Source: Octopus vulgaris
Lineage: Eukaryota
Length of the DNA: 64,000 nt
Assembly: GCA_951406725.2 (NCBI GenBank)
Contig: OX597835.1
Location: 35,030,001-35,094,000 of the forward strand
Direction: 5' to 3'
Shown here: in pieces, positions 41,688 to 56,123 of the stretch
How the letters are laid out: every line of letters starts with the position of its first letter
Position numbering within the stretch: the stretch's first letter is position 1
Position numbers and translations under genes: made by a program
Notes under the pieces: generated by a model
Told to the model about the DNA's origin: nothing
Database searches by the model: none
Seen by the model: the letters and a program-made list of their open reading frames with translations, nothing else

Positions 41688-42553
41688 TTTGGGTCATCCC
41701 ATAAGTAATGCGGTCTTTTCAATTGCATGAAATAAAAGTCGGAGGGGGATGGGGTAAATTGCCTGCATCAACTTGCTATAAAAGCAGGTAGTAATTTTAC
41801 CTTTACCTTGTCCTTATTCTTAGTGCAAGTTTTGAAGATTGCAGTTCGATTTTAATAGTTATTTTTTCAAAGCTATAATGGAAGTGACAAAGGAGTAAAT
41901 TCGGCATATTTATGCAGTATATAAGCCAGTGCCAACCGTGGTTCCAGAAATTCCAAGCTGCAAACGACAGCCTGGAGGACGAGCCACACCCAGGAAGATC
42001 TGTAGAGCTCGACGAGGACGTGCTGGTGGAACAAAATCCCATCGCAACTGTTGAGGAACTACCAGGGAAGCTTGGATTTGGTCATTCAACAAGTCATTCA
42101 AATCAGCGCTGGAAGAAAAACGACCATCTGTGGTTTTAAGACGAAAGGTGTTCTTCCATCAAGATAATTCTTGGACACATATAGCAAGGGTGACATTCAA
42201 AAGGTTGGTGCAGTTTGAAAGGGAAACGATTCCCCACCCACCATATTCGCCGGGCGTTGCCCTACCTGATTATCATTTATTCCGAAGTCTTCAAAAACAT
42301 TTGGACGGAAAAAATATAAATTCTGTAGACGAGGTCAGAACAGTACTTTACTCTTTTACACTTTTTCTCGTTTCAGTCATTTGACAGCGGCCATGCTGGA
42401 GCACCGCCTTTAGTCGAGCACAGTGACCCCAGAAATTATTCTTTGTAAGCCTAGTACTTATTCTATCGGTCTCTTTTGCCGAACTGCTAAGTTACGGGGA
42501 TGTAAACACACCACCATCGGTTATCAAGCGATGTCGGGGGAAAAACACAGACA

Positions 42554-42609
<56 letters not shown>

Positions 42610-42954
42610 CATATATACGACAGGTTTCTTTCAGCTTCCGTCTACCAAATCCTCTCACAAGGCTTTGGTCGACCCAGGGCTATAGTAGAAGACACTTGCC
42701 CAAGATGCCACGCAGTGTGACTGAACCCGGAACCATGTGGTTGGTAAGCAAGCTACTTACCACACAGCCACTCCTGCAGAAGAATTTTTCGTGACGGAGA
42801 AGTGAATTTTGGAAGAAATGCTTTGCAAGCTTACCGGAGAGGATGGAAGAATATTGTAGAAAATGAGGTAGAATATGTTTTAGATTGAAAAAGAACTTTG
42901 TTCATCTTAAATTTGAAAAATAAAAGAAGTATACCAAAACAGCATGGATGACCA
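41688..42954 (+). mobile_element. Mariner remnant interrupted by SINE B
   Basis: WFQKF..SLEDEPHPGRS, FHQDNSWTH, PHPPYSPGVALPDYHLFRSLQ; ends gggtcatcc / ggatgacc. Confidence 0.88.
42347..42775 (-). mobile_element. SINE family B, near full length
   Basis: Matches 1031-1466. Confidence 0.9.
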
Positions 42955-42961
42955 TGGCATT

Positions 42962-43246
42962 GTACTTACACAGTTAACCTCCGAGGCACAAGTCCGGGCA
43001 AGGTTGATTACGGAAGACCAACAGTCACCCATGCATACCAGCCCCCCCTCTCCACACCACCAATGTTATCCAATGTTATCCTGGCACCAGTGACGTCGCA
43101 ACTCATTTCAACAGCTGAGTGGACTGGAGCAACGTGAAATAAAGTGTCTTGTTCAGGAACACAACACACAGCCCTGTCTGGGCATCGAATATATTACCTC
43201 TTGATTGTGAGTTTGACGCTCTAACCACTGAGTCATGCGCCTTCAC
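42962..43246 (-). mobile_element. tRNA-derived SINE family C
   Basis: Minus-strand head gaaggcgcatgactcagtggttagagcg..ttcgatgcc, then caagacactttatttcacgttgctccagtccactcagctg. Fragments at 48813-48843 and about 62070-62166. Confidence 0.75.
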
Positions 43247-43271
43247 TCACGCACACACAGACACACACACA

Positions 43272-43315
<44 letters not shown>

Positions 43316-43447
43316 TACATACATACATATATATGTATACATACATACATACATACATATATATATATACATACATACTTACATACATATACATACATAC
43401 ATATATATATATATATACATACATACATACATACATGCATACATACA

Positions 43448-43483
<36 letters not shown>

Positions 43484-44175
43484 TACATACATACATATAC
43501 ATACATGCATACATACATACATAAATACATATATATATATATATATATATATACATACATACATACATACATATATATATACATACATGCATACATGCAT
43601 GCATACATACATGCATACATACATATGGTATACTGTGCTTCGTATATTCCACCCTAGTGTCATCTTGATAGCATGCACTGCTCTCTCATACATACATGCA
43701 TACGTACACATACGTATGTATAAATGCATTCAGACATACGTGCATACGTGTACATGCGCGCATACACACACACACACATACATACATACATACATACATA
43801 CATACATACACATGCACACGCATACATACATACGTGCATATGCACAAATATCCATCAATGCACATGTACATAGATGCACTTATACACATGCACAAATGCA
43901 CACTTATGTTGAGATTCGCAGACCTTTATTTCCTCCCACTCTTCCTCACCATTTCTCTCCCTCTCATTCGCTCTCCTCCGTTTCCTCTCTTCCTCCCCCT
44001 CTCTCTATGTACGTACACTAAGGAAATAAGAGTGTTCCGTCGCCTAAAATCATATCTTTTATTGAAAAGATTCGCGCGCGCAAGCATTTGGCAGCGTATG
44101 CCTTTCCGTATGTGTGCGTATGCGCATGTGTTCATGTATGTGTGTATGTACGTACATACACACACACACACACAA

Positions 44176-44240
<65 letters not shown>

Positions 44241-44248
44241 CACATATA

Positions 44249-44304
<56 letters not shown>

Positions 44305-44315
44305 CATATATATAC

Positions 44316-44368
<53 letters not shown>

Positions 44369-44500
44369 AATATGTGATATATATATACATATATATACAT
44401 ATGATATATATATATATATATGTATGCATATATATATGCGTGTATATTTGTGTGCATGTATATAGATATATGCTCATGCATACATGTATATATATATCTA

Positions 44501-44536
<36 letters not shown>

Positions 44537-44555
44537 TATATATATATACATATAC

Positions 44556-44594
<39 letters not shown>

Positions 44595-44617
44595 TATATA
44601 AATATACATACATATAC

Positions 44618-44719
<102 letters not shown>

Positions 44720-45126
44720 CATTTATATATCCATATATAAATCACTGATAGCGAGATAACGAGATAACAGACTATCAGTTATTAAACAAATGCGCTTTTC
44801 AATAATACAATTCAAGATATTTCGCATTCACAAAAATTGTTTATTGTTATTGTTAACGTTAGCGTCATCACTATTCTTAGTGTTGTTGTTGTTGTTGTTG
44901 TTATTGTTATTGATGTTGTTATTGTTTATTTTTGTTGTTGTTCTTGTAAGTAGTAGGTCTGTTATTGAATACGTCAAACTAATTATATTCGACGCAGCTC
45001 TCTTTGGCGAAGAAGAATGGCAAGATACATTATAAGACAATGAAACCCGCTGACTACTTACTTTTGGTTATAGTTTAGAGTTTGTGTTGGAATAGATTGG
45101 GAGTAAAGATAGATTAGATACGCATT

Positions 45127-45179
<53 letters not shown>

Positions 45180-45251
45180 ATATATTATATATATATTAAT
45201 ATATGTGTGTGTGTGTATATATATATATTAATATATATATGTGTATATGCA

Positions 45252-45282
<31 letters not shown>

Positions 45283-45450
45283 GCTTATATGTATATATGA
45301 GTATATATATACATATAAAAACATATACATATACACACAGACACACACTCACGCACACACACATACACACGTATGTACGGGCCTATGTTTGTACTTAAAT
45401 ACGTATGTATGAGAATATATGTATGTTCATGCTTGTGTGTGTGTGTTTGT

Positions 45451-45498
<48 letters not shown>

Positions 45499-45594
45499 CG
45501 TCTTTGTATAGATGCCCTACGCACACATACGTGTATATGTATATATAGATATCTATATATACATATATATATATATATAAATATATATATACAT

Positions 45595-45654
<60 letters not shown>

Positions 45655-45853
45655 GTTTGTATTCATATTCACATGTACGTGTTACATATACATATACGCA
45701 CACACACATACAGATATATATACATGTATGTATACGTATGCATATATGCATTCATACGCACGCAAACATATATGTACTGAATGATAAAAACATACACATC
45801 TGTATGCATATAACTCAGGATTGAATTTATTCGCTTACCCGCACACAAACACA

Positions 45854-45902
<49 letters not shown>

Positions 45903-46184
45903 ACACACACATATATACACACACTCATATACCCATATTCACGCATGCATATATTAAGCGAAACAAACAGACACAAGTATAAAGAGACAAAGATGGTTGC
46001 GTTTACACTTATATATAAATACAGATTCATGTCTCAACTCACCTTTCTTTATAAACACACACACACACATACAATCACACTTATTTAAACACTGAATACA
46101 TTGACCGATGAACCAGTAAGGAAGGAGAAGATAGACTAAATAGAGAAAGAGAGCAGTAAACAAATGCTCATCTCAACACACATT

Positions 46185-46716
46185 TGACATAAACAGCGAA
46201 GCGAGCTACCTTCCTACATATAGATGCTCGGGAGAACCGTCTCGGCACACGTCCGCGACCACCTACATCACGTTTAACAACCAAAAGTCAAGCTTCCTTT
46301 CCAAGCTACCTTCCTACATATAGATGCTCGGGAGAACCGTCTCGCCACACGTCCGCGACCACCTACATCACGTTTAACAACCAAAAGTCAAGCTTCCTTT
46401 CCAAGCTACCTTCCTACATATAGATGCTCGGGAGAACCGTCTCGCCACACGTCCGCGACCACCTACATCACATTTAACCAAAAGTCAAGCTTCCTTTCCA
46501 ATCGTCATTGTTAATAGGTCTCGGAATATAAATATAAGCTGGTATATATACTGCTATCGCATTCACGGAATTAACACCACGTGGCCTGGGCTGACCAATG
46601 GAGGCCTAAGATCTAGAAACCATCATGAGTTTGTCTCAAATCCGCCACTATTCTAATGTCTAATAAGACGAGCCTGTCCTCGCACCCACAAAACTTTAAG
46701 TCATTTGATGTTGAGT
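46185..46716 (+). pseudogene. Penelope-like element RT N-terminal remnant
   Basis: INSEA..TYITFNNQKSSFLSNRHC (compare FITLKDHK.NF...CRLI), DQWR, FKSFDVE (RT motif A-like), in the expected order; heavily decayed. Confidence 0.55.
46204..46500. repeat. Three tandem copies of a 100-bp unit
   Basis: agctaccttcc starts at 46204, 46304 and 46404; copies differ by 1-2 substitutions and a 3-bp deletion. Confidence 0.95.
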
Positions 46717-46800
46717 AGGCAAAGTTGACCTCAGCGGAATTTGAACTCAGAACGTCAAGACGTACGAAATGCCGCCAAACATTCTGCCAGCACCCCGCCT
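46717..46800 (-). mobile_element. SINE family A fragment
   Basis: ggcaaagttgacctcagcggaatttgaactcagaacg. Confidence 0.8.
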
Positions 46801-46876
46801 TATTCTGGTTTAAAACAAAAAAATATTAAAAATTGACTGAAGCGTTCAAACTTTAAATGGAAAGGCTATTATTACA

Positions 46877-46937
<61 letters not shown>

Positions 46938-47274
46938 CTACACGGAATGAGAGTGAAGAGAATTTGGTTTCTTTGTGAGAATATTTAAATTTCCGTTGGT
47001 CAGTTCAGGTCACGGTGATACTTCAGGCATTCCGCGAGAGCACTTTTGTTCATTACATAATCCACGTAGTTGAACAGACGAAACGTTGGCTTCATTAACA
47101 TTCCGTGGGGAATGACGTTTCAATGACAGTAGCATGTTACACACCGCATTTTACGGCATACTAGTTGACGTAGTACGTAGCAATAAAATATAGCATAAAC
47201 AATTAAACATGATCGCAATCTTTCCAAATCCTGTTGCATTTCAAGCGGGATTTTTGGTTCTCCAAAATCTTTTT

Positions 47275-47350
47275 GGTGTATAAGTCGACATACCTATTTG
47301 GCTGTAAATTTTAGTTTGAAAAATTCGACTTATATGCCGGAAAACACAGT
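47275..47350. mobile_element. Terminal fragment of a Tc2/pogo-like DNA transposon
   Basis: Minus strand reads ta-ctgtgttttccggcatataagtcga...tcgacttatacacc, a terminal motif with an internal inverted repeat. Confidence 0.5.
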
Positions 47351-47529
47351 ATCAGTTTGCGTAATATGTTGGTGTGAATTAACTAGAGACGAGTGTTTGT
47401 AGAACTCAAGATAGGTCGGTTTCTCTATTGATGATTACTGCAGCTTATTGGTGTATATGCAGTTTTCTTGGCGGTAGAGATTCATTTTCAAACATCAGGT
47501 GTGTTAAGAAGGACCTTGTCATGAGTACC

Positions 47530-48130
47530 CTATCCCCAAACACAAGGAGAGTTAGAAAGAGAAGCATTATCTGGATTACCCCTTCATTCAACGTAGATGT
47601 TTCTAGTGGCGTCTCACGAAGCTCTTTGACGCTAATTAGAAAGCATATCTCAAGAACCCATAATTATCAAAAACCTTATTACATCGCTTCTAAAATTATA
47701 TACCACAACAGACTCAAATACACACAAACACAGTCGCGACCTCACAACCCAATCTGTAAATGCCGAAATTCACCAACTAACCAAACAGAAAGCTTTGTCT
47801 ATTAAATCCTCTGGTCTCTAGAGCAACTCTCACACTATACAGTAGAATATCGAGATGCTAGACGAGCATAAATGCCAAGGATTTGAAGGGAAGATTATGT
47901 AAAATATACCATCTTTCAGGTGTAGAGATGGGGAAATATCTACTTCTTTATCTCGCTTACTCTGGAAACTCTGGATCAAAGAAACGACTTACCTATTGGA
48001 TTATCCTAACTCATATGGGGGTCGTACTCGTCACGTGTGTCTAAATGAAAAACTGCACATAATCCAACAGCCTGCAATATCTTTCAATCGGAAAATCGTC
48101 CTTTCCAATGTCATTAAAATACGCCCTGTT
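47530..48130 (+). pseudogene. Penelope-like element (Neptune/Naiad-type) linker and GIY-YIG endonuclease remnant
   Basis: RKRSIIWITPSFN..LIRKHI, IASKIIYHN, CKCR, SFR..STSLSRLLWKL, VCLNEKLHII..FNRK, collinear with the known RKRxIIWFNPP..CNCR..STxLSxxxWxLK..CLxEK pattern. Confidence 0.78.
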
Positions 48131-48243
48131 AATAAAGTGTAAACTGCTGGCCGCTAACAATCCGAAAATACCTCATTAAACTCAGATGATATTTAATTCC
48201 TGTTGCCCCGACTGAGATTATTCCCAATCAGCGTACTAGTACC

Positions 48244-48475
48244 TATTTTTTTACTACCCACAAGGAGCTAAAGACAGAGGGGATAAACAAGGACAGGCAG
48301 ACGGATTAAGTCGATTACATCGACCCCAGTGCGTAACTGGTACTTAATTTATCGACCTCGAAATGATGAAGAGCAAAGTCGACATCGGCGGAATTTGAAC
48401 TCAGAACGTAGCCGCAGATGAAATACCGATAAGCATTTCGCCCGGCGTGCTAACGTTTCTGCCAGCTCGCCGCCT
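48244..48475 (-). mobile_element. SINE family A, full length with 10-bp TSD
   Basis: tactagtacc at 48234-48243 and 48476-48485. Confidence 0.9.
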
Positions 48476-49054
48476 TACTAGTACCGTACTCTACCAGCGT
48501 ACTAGTACCGTACTCGACCATACTATGACCGCGTCAATACCCCACAACTATGCTCAACATGAAAATAGATATGTATCATGATCTTATCCAAATGGTTATC
48601 TCACCATGTAGTATCTGTCATAGCAGTGAATTCATTCTTCACAGTATGTCAACTAATTGACGTCAGCATCCTCTCTTTACAACCACGTGGATGACATAAG
48701 GAAAAAATTGCTATCACTCACCTGCTACGGTATCCAAGTGACCTGAACTGATCAACGGGGTGTAAATATTCCCGTTTAGAATCCATTTCAAAGTATCTTT
48801 CAAATTCTCTCCTTGTGAGCTCGACGCCCTAACCACTGAGCCATATATATATATATATATATATATATACAAATATTCTATATTTATAAACATAATTACA
48901 GTTAGGGGTCAGCTAATTGCTTCACCACGTACCGAATTTAGAAATAGGGGTTAAAATTCCTTTTCTGCTACCGTAAAGATCTCCCAGATAGTAACACACT
49001 TTATTTACGTAGGCAAAAAGAAAAAAAATTACGAATCCACACGACTCAGATTAG

Positions 49055-49120
49055 CTACATACGCGTTTCGGGATTAAAGTGAAGTTATATTTACTTACTT
49101 ATTTCTCATCTTCAGAGCAG
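49055..49120 (-). ncRNA. Type I hammerhead motif, canonical core, stems slightly decayed
   Basis: Minus strand: ctgct CTGAAGA t GAGA...TCCC GAAA CGCG TA tgtag. Confidence 0.55.
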
Positions 49121-49315
49121 CATTTCAAATATAAATTTGAGAGTGCCAGGATTAAATATGTACGCGATCGAGCGCCATCGCATAACTGATATCCAACCAA
49201 CATCTCCAAAAATATACAGCCGAATGTGAACACATATTCATCCTTAATACCCACGTGTATGTTACGAGAAATCTAGCAGAAACTGCAGTTTTCGATCAGG
49301 GAGTAAATTATCTAT

Positions 49316-49443
<128 letters not shown>

Positions 49444-49480
49444 ACATATATATATATACACATATATCTACCTAGATAGG

Positions 49481-49606
49481 GAGCGTAGGCTCGAAACGTA
49501 AAATACTTTGTCAACTTCCTGAGCGTTAAACTAATATATCTGTTTGTTGTTTACACACACCTGTCTTCATCTTTTATTTTCTGTTTGTTTTTGTAAATTT
49601 CAACTA
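49481..49606 (+). mobile_element. Family 1 hammerhead element, truncated within the ribozyme
   Basis: Begins GAGCgtagGCTCGAAAcgTA and continues with the family 1 3' sequence to a TA tract. Confidence 0.65.
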
Positions 49607-49756
49607 CATATATATGTGTGTGTGTGTGTGTCTCTGTGTCTGTGTGTGTCTGTGTGTTAAATAATGAGGCACTAAAAGAGAATGACAATCTCCAGACACA
49701 ATAATATATATATATATACAAAAATTATACAAAATGCATAAACAGATGATAAGTAA

Positions 49757-49800
49757 AGCTCCGAAGAGACCCAGAACGACGGGTCGAAACGTGTTGTGCT
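49757..49800 (+). ncRNA. Hammerhead-like motif (core CCGAAGA)
   Basis: agct CCGAAGA GACCC agaacgac GGGTC GAAA cgtg TT gtgct. Perfect 5-bp stem II, weak stem I. Confidence 0.5.
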
Positions 49801-50589
49801 CAATAAGATGTATTATACATTCCATCTCCTATCATACTAATACTATAAATACATACATACATATACATATACATATATATATATATATACGCATATGTAT
49901 ATACATATATGTGTATACGCATATGTATATACATATATCTGTATGTACATATATGTTTGTATATATACATATATATATTATTTATATTATATATATATAT
50001 ATAATATTTATATTATATATATATATATATTATATATATGTATATATATATATATATGATTGAAGAAAGTGATAGAGTGGGGGGAAGAAGGATAGAATGA
50101 TTGTGAGAATGAGTGTTACACATGTGTGTATAGGCGGAGGTAGAATCTGTGAAAAGGCGCCCCCTGACGGGGCTGATACTGGTGATGTTTGTAGTGGCAG
50201 TGGTAATAGTACTGGTTGTGTTTGGGAGGTGGTGGTGGTGGTGATAAATGTAATGATGGCGATCATGACGGTGATAATGATGATGACGATAGTGCTGCTG
50301 CTGTTGCTGCTGATAATGGTTTACGTAGATTACATAGATATAGAATTTTCTTATTATCATTGCAGATATTTTTGATGTTTCTCTGGTTTTTGTTGTTGTT
50401 GTTGCTGTTCTTGTTGTTGTTAATTCGTATGGGAGAGTGACAAGGACTTAATGTCATGTGACTATGTGACAGTGTGCGTATGTGCACGACACTATATGCG
50501 TGTGTTCTTTCTCCAGTATATTTATGTATGTGTGAGTTTTGTTTCATTTATATCACTTCAATTTATTCGGTGAATATTCATGTCATTTT

Positions 50590-50590
50590 G

Positions 50591-50664
<74 letters not shown>

Positions 50665-50698
50665 CTTCTATCTATCTGTCTATCTATCCATCCATCCT

Positions 50699-50794
<96 letters not shown>

Positions 50795-50836
50795 CTTCTA
50801 TCTATCTGTCTATCTATCCATCTATCCATCCATCCT

Positions 50837-50910
<74 letters not shown>

Positions 50911-50914
50911 AACA

Positions 50915-50974
<60 letters not shown>

Positions 50975-50978
50975 AACA

Positions 50979-51050
<72 letters not shown>

Positions 51051-51067
51051 CATCCATCCATCCTTCT

Positions 51068-51130
<63 letters not shown>
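50590..51130. repeat. Long (TATC)n array with higher-order variant units
   Basis: Directly visible. Confidence 0.95.
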
Positions 51131-51631
51131 CCTTATCTACAAAGATATCCATCTATTACTTTATTTATCTCTCCCACCCACTCCCGTCATTTGCAACTAC
51201 AGTTTTACTCCGCTTCTACATTATAAGTCTTCCAAGTGCAAGATTAAGATAATAATATTTGCTATTCTTGCCTACACATTCACCAACTTATCTACCAGCA
51301 GCCCCTGCCCCCCTGCTGCCATTATATACGCTTTTTCTGTATATATACATACATACATAAAATATCATATATATATATGTATACAACATATACATACATA
51401 CATATATATATGTATATATGTATGTATACATATATGCATATCTATATCTCTCTCTCTCTATATATATATCTATATATATCTATGCATTTATTTATATATA
51501 GATATGTATGCATGTATATATATATGTATATATATATGTGTGCATGTATACATATATATTTATATAAGTGCATATATGTATAAATATATATATATACACA
51601 TATATATACATACACACACACACACACATAC

Positions 51632-51669
<38 letters not shown>

Positions 51670-51898
51670 GTATATGTATCTATGTATATATGTGTGTGTG
51701 AGTGTGTATGTGTACATGCATGCCTACAAATATACACACATTGCTGTATACTTAAGATTCTTCAGTAAAAGATTAAAGTATTATTGAAACATACATATAC
51801 ACACGCATGCATATACATACATGCATGCGTGTGTATATGCATATATGCATGTACACATTCATACATGCGTACATACATACATACATACATACATACAT

Positions 51899-51959
<61 letters not shown>

Positions 51960-51990
51960 CACCCATATATATATATACATATATACATAC

Positions 51991-52021
<31 letters not shown>

Positions 52022-52428
52022 ATGATGTATGTATGTACACGCACACACTTACGTGCGCGCGCACGAGCTTGCAGGTACATGCACGTAAATACATGTACAA
52101 AATATGCATAAATATATATGCACACATACAGTCATACTAACGCACACACTCGTATATCTAGACATAAATATATATGTATTTAAAATGGAGGTACATCTAA
52201 AAATATATAAAAAAACATATACGTATGTTCGTCTGTATATCTGCGTGTATTCATTTTGTTTTTGTAACGGTTACAGCCGCAGTAATGTGACCGTGCTGGA
52301 ACACCGCATACATACATACATACATACATACATGCATGCATGCATGCATACATACATACATACATACATACATACATACATACATACATACGTACATACA
52401 TACATACATACATGCATGCATGCATGCA

Positions 52429-52462
<34 letters not shown>

Positions 52463-52922
52463 CATACATATATGCATACATATATACATACATATATACA
52501 TACATACATATATACATACATACATATATACATACATATAGACTTACTTACATACACACACATAGATACATAGATACATAGATACATAGATACATACATA
52601 CATACATACATACATACCTACCTACATACATACATACATACATACATACATACCTACCTACCTACATACATACATACATACATACATACATACATACATA
52701 CATACATACATACATACATACATACATACATACATAAATGTGTGTGTGCGCGTGAGAGAGAGAGAGAGAAAGAGAGAGGAGTAATGTTTATCGCCACATC
52801 AATATGACTGTTCGACGTTACAACCGTTTAACCCTAGGCAAAGCCTCCGCCAGCTGGTTATCAGTACAATACACTGCAAACAGGGGAGCGAACGATTCCC
52901 ATCTTCTTAGCAGTCGACGGAA

Positions 52923-52971
52923 CCACCAGAGAGAACGGTTTCGGGTTATTTGTGCTCTTCATCAGTGGTGG
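52923..52971 (-). ncRNA. Degenerate type I hammerhead in an element with inverted ends (52780-53134)
   Basis: Minus strand: CCACCA CTGATGA a gagc..accc GAAA ccgt TC tctc TGGTGG. Confidence 0.5.
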
Positions 52972-53241
52972 ACACTCCAGCTCGCAATTTTTAGAAAACT
53001 AAGCCACAATCAGTTATTGGTCTTGCAACAAGCAAAGTAGTTGACTAGAAAATCGCAAGAAGAGATGAAAGAAAGTTTATCGCTACATCGTACTTAACGA
53101 CGAACAGCCATGCGATGTGGCGATAAGCGTTACTACTCAGCATAGTTACTGATTTTCTCTCTTATAGAACATTTTCTAACTAGCTAATTTGCTATATATA
53201 TATATATACTCAAAATAAGCAACAAGAATGACTCCGGTAAT

Positions 53242-53327
53242 TTGGTACGATCGTTTCGTACTATATCCTTTTATTAAATGTTGTAAGTATTACAACAGTT
53301 TTAAAATGCTGAGCACTCATCAGCCAA
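53242..53327 (-). ncRNA. Intact type I hammerhead ribozyme motif
   Basis: Minus strand: TTGG CTGATGA GTGCT...AGTAC GAAA CGATCG TA CCAA. All core nucleotides present, three stems, palindromic helix III, GUA site; extra hairpin tgttgtaa-tac-ttacaaca in loop II. Lies between (TA)n tracts. Confidence 0.85.
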
Positions 53328-53865
53328 TTATAGAGGTTTTCCATTAATACAAAATGTTCATATCAAGTGGCAACATTATAGAGAAGGTAAATATATAGAC
53401 AAAGATGTGGATTTAAATTTTAAGAACATCAACTGACTGACTAAGATTTGGTTGTTCTAGACTACAGTAAGGTTCTGAGAGGGAAGAATAAGTGGAAGGA
53501 GACAATAAAAATTTTCTAATTATAGAAATGGGGTAAAGGGGATTTCAGAGCTCCATATAAGGAATTTATGTGGAAGGCAGCATTGTCACTACTAAATGCC
53601 AGTTACTACTATTTGATGAACAGATTCGGCGTTAGGAGAACTAGGTCAATGACAATATATATATATTATATATATATATATATATAATTTAGAGACAAAC
53701 CGCTATTTACTTATTCCATCAAAAGTGAAAATATATTATCTATAATAACCATATAGAAATTAATTAAATATCTTATAATTATTATTCTAAAAATCTCATA
53801 ACAAATCAAACATTAAATTGACTACGCGCGTTTCATGACTAAATATATAAATCGGTTTGTCTCTA

Positions 53866-53949
<84 letters not shown>

Positions 53950-53994
53950 TGTGAATTTTGATTTAGTGAGGTACATTGAAATCTTTTCCCCTCT

Positions 53995-54855
53995 TAACTT
54001 GGAATTATTACATGGTATGTTCCCAAAGATAGTTGCAGCAAATAGTAGTTGTGAGACATGGATAAGGTTGCAGAAAGGAAAGCTGAAGAGGGCGACAGAA
54101 AGTTTGGTAGTAACTACACAAGATCAAGCTTTAAGGACTAATTTCATAAAAGCCAAGAAAGACAAAAACCAAGTAGATTACCAATGTAGATCATGCAAGT
54201 CAAAAGAGGAAAGCGTTACTCGTATAGTAAGTGAATGTAGCATGCTGGTATAGAAAGAATACAATCTAGGGAGATCAATCCACTGGGAGCTATGCAGAAA
54301 GCTAGGATTTGAACATACTGGTAAATGGTATGAGCATGCACCTAGTAAAGTACTAGAAAGTAAGAAATAAAAGATGTTGTGAAACTTCAACATTCAGACT
54401 GACAGAGAAATAGTAGCTAGAAGGCCTGATTTGGTCGTAGTAGATAAAGAGAATACAAAGTGCTAGATAATTGGCTTTATAATTTCAAATGATGAAAACA
54501 TTATTATGAGAAGTATAGGAAAAATAGCAAAATACAAGAACCTAGCTATTGAATTATAGAGACTATGGAAAGTGCGGGTAAAATGTATCCCAGGAGTCAT
54601 AGGTGTATTGGAAACTATCCCTAAAGATTTGAACAGATGGATAGAGGAAGTAGGTATAAAACCCAGTTTAATACAGCTGCAGAAAACAGCGTTATTAGGG
54701 ACAGTTAGGATACTTAGGAGGGATTTTGGCATCTAAGGTTACTTGTTGTAGCCCGATAGGAGGGTTCTTGGCATCTAAGGTTACTTGTAGCTCGCTGTTA
54801 GGATTTTCCTTTTCCAACAGTCTAATCTGTTGAGTGTATATGAAAATAAAAATGA
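53995..54855 (+). pseudogene. Degenerate Dong/R4-type 3' fragment (CCHC and RLE)
   Basis: LHGMF, TESLVVTTQDQALRT, CRSCKSKEESVTRIVSEC, KWYEHAP, RRPDLVVVDK, QKTALLGTVRILRR, with several stops. Confidence 0.88.
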
Positions 54856-54914
54856 TATCCTTCACTCACCTTAGGATGTTGGGTGTGTCTCGGCAAGTGA
54901 TTGTAACAAACATG

Positions 54915-55462
54915 CAGATGCAATACCAGGCAGTGACTCTCATTGATTTTGAACTTAACTGATTGGAAGTGTTTTCATGTACATTGTTTTGTCTTGGTAT
55001 AAAAGATGGACTACAGCAAATATTCTGCTCAATACCACAGATTTGCTTGTCAGTTGCTTGGCCGTGATCAGTTCAGCGTGTCCCTTGGTGGACGATGATA
55101 TGTGCATCTCTGATCACGAGCAGAGGTAGTAGGGGAGCGTCATAGCCATGTGTTGAGTGGAATTCATTGGAGTTTGAACTATTCACCTCTGGAAACATGA
55201 GTGTTTTGTTCATCATACTTAAACAAACCTTATTCAGGGACCTATTGAGGGGTATGGGCTACTCGACCTGAAAGAAATTCTAACAGGGCCCCAGGTACAA
55301 GGTCATGCGCTGTTTATCTTGATATAAGATCACCATGTCGCGCGCACATGGTTGTGATGCATGTGGCTGGTGTATCAGACGGGCAGTCATGATGTATATA
55401 TTGGGCTTCTTATATTTGTACCCCAGTATCACTCTGATGGCATACGCTGCTCTTTCACTCAG
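54915..55462 (+). mobile_element. Longer copy of the unclassified repeat at 9241-9658
   Basis: Collinear similarity; ends in (CAA/TAA)n. Confidence 0.75.
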
Positions 55463-55768
55463 CAACAACAACAAAAACAACAACAACAATAATAATATGT
55501 GTGTGTGTGTGTGTTTGTGTATACAGAAGCGTGATTGTGTGTCTCTATGTATTTATTATGACGCTGAATGCTTCATACTACATCACTTTAAGTTTCGTAA
55601 ACAGTGAAAGTATGTCTGTGATCTTTGGGATAAATGAATACACACACAGACACACACACGTGTATACATTCATTTATATATATGAGTACGTATGTAATAT
55701 AAGTATATATATGTGTGTGTGTGTGTATTTATATATGTATGTATGTATATATATATATATAATATATA

Positions 55769-55835
<67 letters not shown>

Positions 55836-55956
55836 ATCCGATAATGTACTTTTTCCTAAGTAGATAGCTTCAGATATATATCTGTATACATATATTTATA
55901 CGTGTGTATGTGTGTATGGATATATGAGTGTATATATGGATACATGTATCATGTAT

Positions 55957-56013
<57 letters not shown>

Positions 56014-56092
56014 CTTACATACATCCATGCATACATACATCCATGCATATATATATATACATACACACACACACACACACATCTATCCATCC

Positions 56093-56123
<31 letters not shown>

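Noticed and set aside
46204-46500. CRISPR-like array
   Set aside because: Whole units repeat with no unique spacers, the context is eukaryotic and there are no cas genes.
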